Made by a program: the position numbers and the translations under genes. Of a stretch of DNA of 64,000 nucleotides, positions 11,805 through 20,482 are shown piece by piece (within the stretch, counting starts at the first letter, position 1; the number at the start of each line of letters is the position of its first letter). The stretch is from Cyanobacteria bacterium P01_F01_bin.150 (lineage in GTDB: Bacteria; Cyanobacteriota; Cyanobacteriia; CAKZMO01): contig JBCCYL010000030.1 of assembly GCA_039189765.1 (NCBI GenBank), forward strand, positions 1 to 64,000. The letters are read 5' to 3'. The notes under the pieces are model-generated. The model searched no databases. It was not told where the DNA came from and saw nothing but the letters and a program-made list of their open reading frames with translations.

Positions 11805-11861
11805 AAGCATCACAGGCGGGGGATAAAACGTACGCATTGTTTTGCACAATAGATTATCAAA

Positions 11862-12413
11862 TTATGACAATGTCGTCTGGGTTTGAGCCATATAGTGTTC
11901 TACTAGCACAATTAATGCGTTGATCACCGACTTCCGAACATTCGCATTGACCGCAACGATTGGTAATAGCTGTTCTCCTTCTGCCAATCCCATTGCGTAT
12001 CCCACATCTTGCACAGACCAAGCAGCTTCACAATCAGTATGCGTCACTCCAAGAATCAGTGGAATTTGAACTTGATTCTGCAAAAACCATAGCATTTGTC
12101 GAACTGTAGCAAACTCTTCCGGACGATGAGCCGCCACAAGTAAGATATATGCATGGGCTTTAGAGATGAGTAATTCCCACATAAAATCGAAGCGAATCTG
12201 GCCGGGAGTACCGTAAATATGGAGCACCATCTCTGGATTAAGGGTAACTTTACCAAAGTCCATTCCAACCGTTGTACTATCTTTAACATCAGCCGTCAGG
12301 TCTGTCGGTTTCCGCTCGGTATCGACGACATCAATTTCACTAACTGTACGGACAAACGTTGTTTTTCCAGCTCCGACAGTGCCAGCAACAACAATACGCA
12401 TAAGATCAATCAA
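11862..12413 (-). CDS. Small MglA/CvnD-like GTPase
   Basis: GTVGAGKTT P-loop, TTVGMDFG switch I, GTPGQIRF G3 motif, THTD in the G4 position. Confidence 0.9.
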   Translation of the reverse strand: MIDLMRIVVAGTVGAGKTTFVRTVSEIDVVDTERKPTDLTADVKDSTTVGMDFGKVTLNPEMVLHIYGTPGQIRFDFMWELLISKAHAYILLVAAHRPEEFATVRQMLWFLQNQVQIPLILGVTHTDCEAAWSVQDVGYAMGLAEGEQLLPIVAVNANVRKSVINALIVLVEHYMAQTQTTLS

Positions 12414-13273
12414 GATTTACTCCTTAAAAAACCTAGTAAGTTTTGCAGGAAAGACGAACTGATGCGATCGCTGCTTTTAGCGTCTTTCAAGGTTGTGGGG
12501 ATAGGCTTTATTTGAACAGTTCGTATAGGTTTATTCACTAAGTTAAACTGAGGCAACGTTGCTTCAGGGGGCAGATCTACAACCAAACCTGCAATCAACA
12601 ATCTAAAAGCCGCTCTCTGAATATTTGTAGGAGGCTGTGAAACATACTGAACGATATCTGATAGTGGCACTGTTCCATTAGATAAATCCCATATCCTCTT
12701 CTCTAGAGGATCAAGCTTAAGGGCCAGATGTGCAATAGGGGACTTAGATAAAACAGAGTCTAATCTTGGTAACTTTACTTCTAATAGACGCCAGTTTTTG
12801 AGTCGTCTAAAGCCTATTAGGGTTGCTTCTGATATTGAAATACTAAATCCAGTCATTTCAACCTTAGGAGCCTTAATATTTGTCTTAAACTGAAATACTC
12901 CATCTGAAAATTGAAATAAACCACAGAGTTGATGAATCACTTGGATCTGAAATGAAAATCTCAGATGTTCAGGTCTTAAACTCCCTTGACTCTCTAGATA
13001 AATGCCTAATGGTATGGATAAAGAGTTCAACAATTTCAAATCAGAAATGACTCTATTGCTAATCCATTTCCGATTCTTCAGTAGTTGAATCAAGCCCAAC
13101 TGATCAGGGCTATTACTAATAGCCACAATCCGCCCTTTTTCAAACCAAATATTATAGGGTTCAGGGGCATCAGGTAAGACCTTTAAGGCTAAACACCCTG
13201 TTTTTTTACCTCGATCGATAACCTGGGCAATATCACTTAGAGAAAAGGTCGATAGACGACCTGAAAGTGTCAT
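12410..13273 (-). CDS. DUF4388 (PatA-N-like) domain protein
   Basis: LSGRLSTFSLSDIAQVI...KTGCL...IWFEKGRIV N-terminal signature; possible C-terminal winged helix. Confidence 0.82.
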   Translation of the reverse strand: MTLSGRLSTFSLSDIAQVIDRGKKTGCLALKVLPDAPEPYNIWFEKGRIVAISNSPDQLGLIQLLKNRKWISNRVISDLKLLNSLSIPLGIYLESQGSLRPEHLRFSFQIQVIHQLCGLFQFSDGVFQFKTNIKAPKVEMTGFSISISEATLIGFRRLKNWRLLEVKLPRLDSVLSKSPIAHLALKLDPLEKRIWDLSNGTVPLSDIVQYVSQPPTNIQRAAFRLLIAGLVVDLPPEATLPQFNLVNKPIRTVQIKPIPTTLKDAKSSDRISSSFLQNLLGFLRSKS

Positions 13274-13554
13274 GAGTTAACTCCTCAAAATTATTTTCCA
13301 AGAACAACCATGCTACAAATTAAGGAAAGTAATTTAAATGAACAATAAATTATGGAGATAACTAGCTTCTTGGTTGTAAAGTTAAATATTAAATAACAAA
13401 TATCAAGGCATTAATTAAATCAATTTCTAAAAATAAGTCATTCCCAAGCAAACATATATACCAATAAAATTTTTATTCACTACTCAATTTATCAAAACCC
13501 ATAAACAGGCTAATTCCAATTATAGATTAAATAATTTCTAATATAATATCAGCG

Positions 13555-13580
13555 AGTAAGGTGGTCAGTCCCACCTTACT
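13555..13580. repeat. REP-like hairpin
   Basis: AGTAAGGTGG-TCAGTC-CCACCTTACT perfect 10-bp stem; related to 58415-58439. Confidence 0.7.
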
Positions 13581-13781
13581 GATTCGCAATACTATCACAG
13601 AGAGAGGAGAGAGGTGATTTACACCTAAACAAACTATTTTTGAGCCATTTTGCACAAATTCGACTTTACTCTAATGCCCAGATCCATGAATTCTTTGAGG
13701 GATATCTCTATCCATTTATCCAAACACTTAGATCTATCTATTAATTGGTCAACATATAAAGTTGATTTCTGATAGATAAAC

Positions 13782-14153
13782 TTATGAAAGTGCTGTCTTT
13801 AGCTCTTGCAATATATTTTTAATTTCCAACATTAAAACTCCTTGCTTCAAAGAAGAATCTGAAAGGACAAGAAGCACTGCCTCAGCACCACATCCCGTTA
13901 GCGTGACATATCCTTTTTCCCCCTCAACAAATAAACGGTTAATGTCACCCCGTCCTAATTCCTGACCAATACGTTCGCCGAGGGACAACATTGTAGCTGA
14001 CATAGCAGCAAGTCTGTCTTCCCCCAAACCGTCTGCCAAATAGCTAGCAAGGGGTAAGCCGTCCAAAGAAGCAATCACTGCTCCTTGAATTCCGATAACT
14101 TGGTTAACAAATGATTGCAGTAATAGTTCTAGCCTTGTTGTGTTAATTGCCAT
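13782..14153 (-). CDS. Roadblock/LC7 (MglB-like) protein
   Basis: IQGAVIASLDGLPLA, RLAAMSATMLSLGERI, VEGEKGYV. Confidence 0.92.
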   Translation of the reverse strand: MAINTTRLELLLQSFVNQVIGIQGAVIASLDGLPLASYLADGLGEDRLAAMSATMLSLGERIGQELGRGDINRLFVEGEKGYVTLTGCGAEAVLLVLSDSSLKQGVLMLEIKNILQELKTALS

Positions 14154-14335
14154 TTTTTACTTTGCCACTACTTTTGAAATAGAAAATACTTGAGATATAA
14201 AGCTCTAGAAATAAGGACTTATTTCGTTTTTAAATTTAGAAATCAAGTTTAAGAAATTAGCCTTTCCTGATTCATCATAAAAACTAGAGCTATTTTATTG
14301 ATTTATTCATGGAAATAAATCTCTTTTTTATCACA

Positions 14336-14821
14336 CTATAATGTTTCCAATTCAAATACATTATATGGAGATCCTTTTAGAATAGAGTCAGTATGCTTAC
14401 CCCTAAAACGCTGCCCTGTAATTTCCTCCATTGCCCCCCAAATCGCCCCTAATGTATAAGAGCATTTTCGGTCTGAACCTTGGTTTTGACCAGCAGTACA
14501 GACATCTTCAGTCACAAGGACCTTAATAACATCTCCTTCTTTAAGCACTTTATGAACCAGGCATAGCCGTGTGCCATTTTCTCCTAGCGCTTGTCTGAAC
14601 TGAGTAGAAATAACATCAAGTGATATATCATTCTTGTTTGATAATCCTAAAGATTTAACCAAATCTCTGCCACGCTGACGACCAGCAGTTGTTAATGCAA
14701 TTGTCGTTGCTTTCTCTCCAAGGGCATCTTCCATGCCATGAATCATTGCTTGCATACAAATAATGCTGCTGAAATCATTGAGTTTAGGCCGTAATGTACT
14801 TTGACTTTGTACCGATTCCAT
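14336..14821 (-). CDS. V4R-like (ligand-binding) domain protein
   Basis: AGRQRG helix, RLC...EDVCTAG...KCSYTLGAIWGAMEEITG pattern of stand-alone V4R proteins. Confidence 0.7.
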   Translation of the reverse strand: MESVQSQSTLRPKLNDFSSIICMQAMIHGMEDALGEKATTIALTTAGRQRGRDLVKSLGLSNKNDISLDVISTQFRQALGENGTRLCLVHKVLKEGDVIKVLVTEDVCTAGQNQGSDRKCSYTLGAIWGAMEEITGQRFRGKHTDSILKGSPYNVFELETL

Positions 14822-15021
14822 AAATAATTCAAGATCTTAATTGCAAAACTACTTTTGATTCTAAATGAGTGAAAAACCAAAATAAAATCAGATATTTTAG
14901 ACAATATGGTCATATCCAAGTATTTTACCAATTGCAATAAAATACAAAAATTTGCATTATAAATAATTACGCTGTTTATATCACAGAAGAGCTAGAATTA
15001 ATTCATGTCACTGCATACTTA

Positions 15022-15049
15022 AAATACTTTTTAGCACTAAAAAGTATTT
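15022..15049. promoter_or_regulatory. Perfect 13-bp inverted repeat, candidate operator
   Basis: AAATACTTTTTAG-CA-CTAAAAAGTATTT, about 200 bp upstream of the V4R operon. Confidence 0.45.
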
Positions 15050-15421
15050 ATTTTTTAACAGATATATTCAATCAGCAAGCATACATTATCCTGAACACCT
15101 AGAAATTCTGTAAATATGCGTCACATATGGTGTAGCGGTAGATGAGTACAGCGTCAAACCCTGTCCATATACAGTGGAGATAACATACCCCTATGGATAT
15201 TCAGCTTTATTCTCTAATATCTAACCGATCCTATAATTGGAATACAGTATTATTCACCCATTCACGATTAAAAGCCTTGCTCGAATTCGCTTAGGCTCTT
15301 ACCCTTCTACCTTACCCATCTCGAAGGGTAAAATTACAGGTATTAGACACCATTGACGACGTACTGGTTAAAACGTCATTTTGCTTAAAAAAGCAAAATA
15401 ATGTCCTATCTCGGATGCCAT

Positions 15422-15501
15422 GGGTAACAACTTTAGGCGCGTAGTGTAAGCACGGCGTATCCACACTACCGTTGATTTTACTTCGTTTTCAGTCGAAACC
15501 C
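15422..15501 (+). mobile_element. 80-bp MITE-like element, copy E
   Basis: GGGTAACAACTTTAGGC...CGAAACCC; flanks GATGCCAT/GATGCTGC (degenerate target duplication). Confidence 0.75.
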
Positions 15502-15638
15502 GATGCTGCCAAAAACCTAAACCTTAAGAGATCTAGTAGCTTGCGGTATAGCATCAAGCCCCATCTCTTCTCCCTGGGCATACTGGAACCGATATGACCG
15601 TTTTAGGGTAGTATGCTCGGTTCAAATGCCTGGGATGT

Positions 15639-18263
15639 TTGACTATGAGTGGCTATGTTCTATTTGTTGGCTATATTGTCGGCCTATTATTAGTCGGGCT
15701 GTATCCTGGCTGGACTCTAGGGTCTTTTACTGTCTTTGAATTGCCAACCGTAGATGTGACGATTGGCATGGGTTTGTTATGTATCACTGGGGCGATCGCC
15801 TCTTTTCTCTGCCCCCGTATTTGGCGGATGGGACCTCGTCCACCGGTATGGCTGATGGCAGGGTTGATCGGAGTAGGCGCAGGGCTATACTTGCAGGTGC
15901 GATCGCCCTCCTATGAACATTTACTTCACAACACTGCACCAATAGGCCAACCGGCTTTTCCAATGGATGTGGGTGTCCAAGGTGATATTATCGATGCCCC
16001 CCAACTAACTCGTAGTAATGCCGTCCGATTTACGCTTCACGTCACCGATATTCAAGCCTGGCAAGAGACCCTCAATACCCATGAAAACAGCAATCTCCAA
16101 ATCTCAGCTAATGGGAGCACAACGGAAAAAACAGCGATAGATAGCGAGGCTAGTACCATTGCCGCTGATGCATTGCGTCGGGTGACTCGCAAGATGTACG
16201 TCACCGTACCTTTGTTACAGGGGACAGGGCTTAAGCCAGGGGATAGGATCGTCCTTCATGGGCAACTCAATCGCCCCCATGCCAATCACATTCCAGGCGC
16301 ATTTGATTTTCAACAATATTTGGCACGCCAAGGAATTTTTACGACCCTGAAAGCTGAAGCGGTTGCCCCTAGTGAAGCTAAGATTTCTTCCAGCAGTGCT
16401 CTTAGTACCATGTGGCGACGCTCCACCTGGAAAATGCGGCAGCGGGTTGTGCGTAGCTTGGTTCAGGGGTTAGATAGCCCGGCGGGTCCCCTTTTAAGCG
16501 CCATGGTGCTGGGACGGAAAGCGGTTGATCTGCCGTTTGATGTACGAGATGAGTTTATCCAAGCTGGTTTAGCCCATATCTTGGCAGCATCAGGGTTTCA
16601 TGTATCGCTGCTATTGGGGGTTATTTTACTGACGACTCGCAGGTTTACGGCCCAACATCAACTGTGGATTGGGAGCACTACGCTGTTATGCTATGCCAGT
16701 TTGACGGGCCTACAGCCGTCTGTCTGCCGAGCGGTGTTAATGGGTATTGCGATTCTGGTGGCAAATACAACAGAACGAACCGTCAGACCCCTGGGGGCCT
16801 TGCTGGGAATTGCCACTGCATTACTCCTAGTGGAACCTGCTTGGATTTGGGATTTGGGATTTCAGCTCAGCTTTTTAGCAACTGTTGGCTTAGTTGTCAT
16901 GGTGAAGCCCCTGGTCAAACGCATGGAATGGCTCCCTATGAGCATTGCCACAGCGATCGCCGTTCCCATTGCAGCCATGGTCTGGACTCTGCCGATTCTG
17001 CTGCGGATGATGGGCACGATTCTGCCCTACAGCGTTATTTTGGGAGTGTTGCTCACACCTATCATTGGGCTGATCAGTTTGGCTGGGATGGTGACTGGGG
17101 CTATTGCCCTTATGGCTCCATCTGTTGGCAGCCTTTTAGCATCTGTATGGTATTGGCCACTTCATGGTTTAATCAGCGTGGTGGAAGTCTGTAACCGTTT
17201 ACCTGGCCAATCCTTAGCTTTAGGGTCGATCCGTCCCGAGCAGTTGGTGGCAATTTACAGCCTTTACATTGCAGTGGTTTGGACTGGCCAAGCATCATCT
17301 CCCATCTCTAGCAATCCGTCTGCTAGGCAATTAAGCAATCGCTCTGGCCATCGATCTGCCAAGGCTCACAGCAACCCAATAGGACAGGGATTGATCCAGA
17401 GCGTGATTGGGCGGCGATCGCTGCGCAAAGGAGCGATTCTAGTAGTTCTGATGCTGGTTCTCATTCCTCTCTTTTATGAACGCTATCAAAAAGTACAAAT
17501 CACGGTTTTTCCCAGCAGTGAGATAAAATCACGGCCTCCGTTTATGCTTGTTCAGATTCGTGGCCATGTGGGCTTAATTAATAATGGAACGGATAAAGCT
17601 CTACAATATACGCTGTTGCCGTTTCTACGTCATGAAGGCATCAATCAACTAGACTGGGCGATCGCCACTCAACCAGATTCATCATCTGAAGAGTTGCATC
17701 AAACGCAAGCGAACGTCACGTTAGATTCAGGGTTCGCATTTACAAAATGGGAAAAGCTAAGGCAAACCATTCCCATTCGCCGGATATACACTTTGCCGGT
17801 AGAAGATATGGCTCGGCCTAACCATGAGGTCACGGTGGGTCAATCAATTCCTATCGGTCCCGACTGCTTTCTTTCGATTTTATCTACTTCCCCAGCCATT
17901 TTAGAGCTGACAATTGCCCAATCCCACTGGTTAGTGATGGATCATCAATTACCACTATCTTCTTCTACTCTGACATCTCTACCGCTCCCCCCAAGCAATG
18001 TATGGTATTGGGCCGGAATTAATCTGGCCACCCATGATCATGCCCTGCAACAACTAGCCAAAGAGCAACTGCCACTTGACGCAATTATTACTCCAGTGCT
18101 GCCCCCAATCGAAGAGGCAATTCAGTTAGCCAACAACGATGCGGCAAAACTGCCTCAACTATCATCCATTGCCCTATACAGCCCTAGCCGTCATCATGTG
18201 GTTCAATGGATGCCCAAGACCGGTTTCTTCATTTCATCTGAGGTAATCGATCAAGATTTATAA
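15639..18263 (+). CDS. comEC: ComEC/Rec2 competence DNA-uptake channel
   Basis: OB-fold with FDFQQYL, AGLAHILAASGFHV, PSVCRA, DLGFQLSFLAT. The C-terminal lactamase-like domain lacks HxHxDH. Confidence 0.93.
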   Translation: MTMSGYVLFVGYIVGLLLVGLYPGWTLGSFTVFELPTVDVTIGMGLLCITGAIASFLCPRIWRMGPRPPVWLMAGLIGVGAGLYLQVRSPSYEHLLHNTAPIGQPAFPMDVGVQGDIIDAPQLTRSNAVRFTLHVTDIQAWQETLNTHENSNLQISANGSTTEKTAIDSEASTIAADALRRVTRKMYVTVPLLQGTGLKPGDRIVLHGQLNRPHANHIPGAFDFQQYLARQGIFTTLKAEAVAPSEAKISSSSALSTMWRRSTWKMRQRVVRSLVQGLDSPAGPLLSAMVLGRKAVDLPFDVRDEFIQAGLAHILAASGFHVSLLLGVILLTTRRFTAQHQLWIGSTTLLCYASLTGLQPSVCRAVLMGIAILVANTTERTVRPLGALLGIATALLLVEPAWIWDLGFQLSFLATVGLVVMVKPLVKRMEWLPMSIATAIAVPIAAMVWTLPILLRMMGTILPYSVILGVLLTPIIGLISLAGMVTGAIALMAPSVGSLLASVWYWPLHGLISVVEVCNRLPGQSLALGSIRPEQLVAIYSLYIAVVWTGQASSPISSNPSARQLSNRSGHRSAKAHSNPIGQGLIQSVIGRRSLRKGAILVVLMLVLIPLFYERYQKVQITVFPSSEIKSRPPFMLVQIRGHVGLINNGTDKALQYTLLPFLRHEGINQLDWAIATQPDSSSEELHQTQANVTLDSGFAFTKWEKLRQTIPIRRIYTLPVEDMARPNHEVTVGQSIPIGPDCFLSILSTSPAILELTIAQSHWLVMDHQLPLSSSTLTSLPLPPSNVWYWAGINLATHDHALQQLAKEQLPLDAIITPVLPPIEEAIQLANNDAAKLPQLSSIALYSPSRHHVVQWMPKTGFFISSEVIDQDL

Positions 18264-18319
18264 CTTGTGCTTCAGTTCCTATCCATTCTTAAATTTTTAC
18301 GGTCCACTCCCGCAGGCTG

Positions 18320-19306
18320 ATGAAGAATAAGCTAAAGGACGCATCCCCACTTAAAAAAGTCACGTATTCTATGACCTTACCTCACCGTAGTTGGTTCCAT
18401 AATGCCCTTAGATTTCGAGGATCAGTGATCCCTGCTGTTTTGCCCCGTACTGCATTGTGCGGTGGTTTAGGGTTATTTATCTCTATTCTCTATTTTCAAA
18501 ACGTTCCGGTTTCATTTCCGATTAAAAGTCTGATTCCAGATTTAGTTCTGGGCCTGCTGCTCGTTTTTCGGACTAACACAGCCTATGCTCGTTTTTGGGA
18601 GGGGCGAAAATTATGGGGCACCCTAGTCAATACGGTGCGCAATCTAGCTCGACAAATGTGGATTCTGATCGAAGACAAAGAGCCTAGGGATCGCACTCAA
18701 AAATTAAAAGCCATTCAACTACTGGTTGCCTTTGCCGTAACTGCAAAGCTCCACCTGCGGCAATTACCGATGCATAGCGATCGCAATACCCCGACCGACC
18801 TCAAAGCACTGATGGCTGAGGAACAGTATAAAACGCTCTTCAAAATGAAAAATCCGCCTCTGGAAGTAGCCTTTTGGATCGAAGATTACCTCCAAGCCCA
18901 GTATCAGCGACAGCGATTAAATGTTTACCAGCTCACTGCAATGCAAAAGCTGCTAAACGACATGGTGGATGTATTAGGAGGATGCGAACGCATTTTGAAA
19001 ACCCCCATCCCATTGGCATATGCCATTCACTTAAAACAACTATTGTTAATCTACTGCTGTACTCTGCCATTTCAATTGGTTAACGAGGCTGGGTGGTGGA
19101 CTGGACCCATTACCGCTCTCATTGCGTTCACGCTGTTCGGTATCGAAGAAATTGGCATTGAAATCGAAGATCCGTTTGGCTCTGATTTCAACGATTTACC
19201 CTTAGACAGCATTTGTGAAACCATGCTGCACAACATCAACGACCTCACCTCTCTGAGCCCTGGAAACTACACCAGTAAAACCTCCATTACAACGACGTTA
19301 TTTTAA
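18320..19306 (+). CDS. Bestrophin (YneE-like) anion channel
   Basis: LLLVFRTNTAYARFWEGRKLWG, CERILKTPIP, IEDPFGSDFNDLPL. The start may be the downstream Met. Confidence 0.93.
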   Translation: MKNKLKDASPLKKVTYSMTLPHRSWFHNALRFRGSVIPAVLPRTALCGGLGLFISILYFQNVPVSFPIKSLIPDLVLGLLLVFRTNTAYARFWEGRKLWGTLVNTVRNLARQMWILIEDKEPRDRTQKLKAIQLLVAFAVTAKLHLRQLPMHSDRNTPTDLKALMAEEQYKTLFKMKNPPLEVAFWIEDYLQAQYQRQRLNVYQLTAMQKLLNDMVDVLGGCERILKTPIPLAYAIHLKQLLLIYCCTLPFQLVNEAGWWTGPITALIAFTLFGIEEIGIEIEDPFGSDFNDLPLDSICETMLHNINDLTSLSPGNYTSKTSITTTLF

Positions 19307-19317
19307 TTGGGTATCTT

Positions 19318-19397
19318 GGGTCCCAACTTTAGGCAGGCGGTGTGAGCACGTTGCACCTACACCACCGTTAACGTTGTTTCGCCTTAAAATGAAACCC
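19318..19397 (+). mobile_element. 80-bp MITE-like element, copy B
   Basis: GGGTCCCAACTTTAGGC...GTTTCGCCTTAAAATGAAACCC; target duplication not recognisable. Confidence 0.75.
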
Positions 19398-19434
19398 ATC
19401 AACGTTAGGCAGATCATTTTAAGGTGAAATCTGG

Positions 19435-20463
19435 TTAAACAACGGTTACCAAAACCGAACTGTTGCTCTTCTCCTCCAGCCTAAATGTCTTTCCCGTAAA
19501 AGATTCGATAACTCTAGCGTTCGTACGAAAGTGATTGCTAACGGGGGGCATCAGCATCGATCCTTTACCAATTAACGCCAGGGGAATTTGGAGTTGATCG
19601 GCAAGGCGTTTACCAACAACAGCGCCAGAATTTAGATACTGGACCATTTCTGTAGCGGCAGTTCGCGCTACCTTTTCTGCTGAAATGCCTTTAACGCCAA
19701 TGCCGAGGGTCTGTTCTTGAATATTGTCAAAGTCAACAGACAGAGCGATCGCATTTCCCCGCCCTCGACCATCATTGACGTTAAGGATCGTTCCTTTCGT
19801 ATTCCATCCCAGAACCTCAGCAGCAGCATTGATCTCCCTATGGGCGATTTCCTCATCTAAATGACATAGCTTTACTTGAATTTGCTGCCGTCTGCATGTA
19901 CCCCGTTCCAAAAAATTATGGGATTGTGGCGTCCATTGCCCCGATGTGCGGATCGTGATCTTTCCACCCCCCTTTGGCTCAAAACCATGACGCACCAGTG
20001 TTAAATCGGCATCGATCCCTAATCGCCGAACAGCAGGAAGATAGACGGCCTGACAATAATCGGCAGTGGGGGCATTGCGATTGTGGGTTCCACCTATGAT
20101 AAGGATTTCACTGGACGTTTCAGCATTCCAGAGCGCAGGGAAGAGCGTTTGAGCAACAAGAATAGAGCTACCGGCTGTGCCAATATCAATCGTATGGGTT
20201 CCTGGTTTTAATTCGTTGGGATAAAAGACCAGCTCTTGGGAGCCGAGTTCAGCTCCTTGGACATCAGCGCCACAGATCATTGCCGCAGAGGTGACGCAAT
20301 TCAGATGTTGCCGTCGTAATCCTGGATTAGACCGCTGGCCTCGAATATTTCTAATGTGAAATGGCTGTCCGGTAATGATTGAGAGCGATAGGGACGACCG
20401 CAAAATTTGTCCCCCACCATCAGCCCCATCAATAAAAATTGAGCCTTGCCCAGACTTACTCAT
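19435..20463 (-). CDS. rtcA: RNA 3'-terminal phosphate cyclase
   Basis: GGGQILRSSL, IRGQRSNPGLRRQHL, GTAGS, GGTHN, LADQL, catalytic-type His in NHFRTN. Start 20463 (ATG) or 20481. Confidence 0.92.
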   Translation of the reverse strand: MSKSGQGSIFIDGADGGGQILRSSLSLSIITGQPFHIRNIRGQRSNPGLRRQHLNCVTSAAMICGADVQGAELGSQELVFYPNELKPGTHTIDIGTAGSSILVAQTLFPALWNAETSSEILIIGGTHNRNAPTADYCQAVYLPAVRRLGIDADLTLVRHGFEPKGGGKITIRTSGQWTPQSHNFLERGTCRRQQIQVKLCHLDEEIAHREINAAAEVLGWNTKGTILNVNDGRGRGNAIALSVDFDNIQEQTLGIGVKGISAEKVARTAATEMVQYLNSGAVVGKRLADQLQIPLALIGKGSMLMPPVSNHFRTNARVIESFTGKTFRLEEKSNSSVLVTVV

Positions 20464-20482
20464 GTTTGCTTCAATCTTCAAC

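Noticed and set aside
15600..15640. tRNA-like GGTTCAAAT motif
   Set aside because: No cloverleaf or acceptor stem can be formed.
16664..17194. 176-aa alternate-frame ORF inside comEC, and the other short overlapping ORFs in the track
   Set aside because: Shadow ORFs of well-supported genes, with no motifs of their own.
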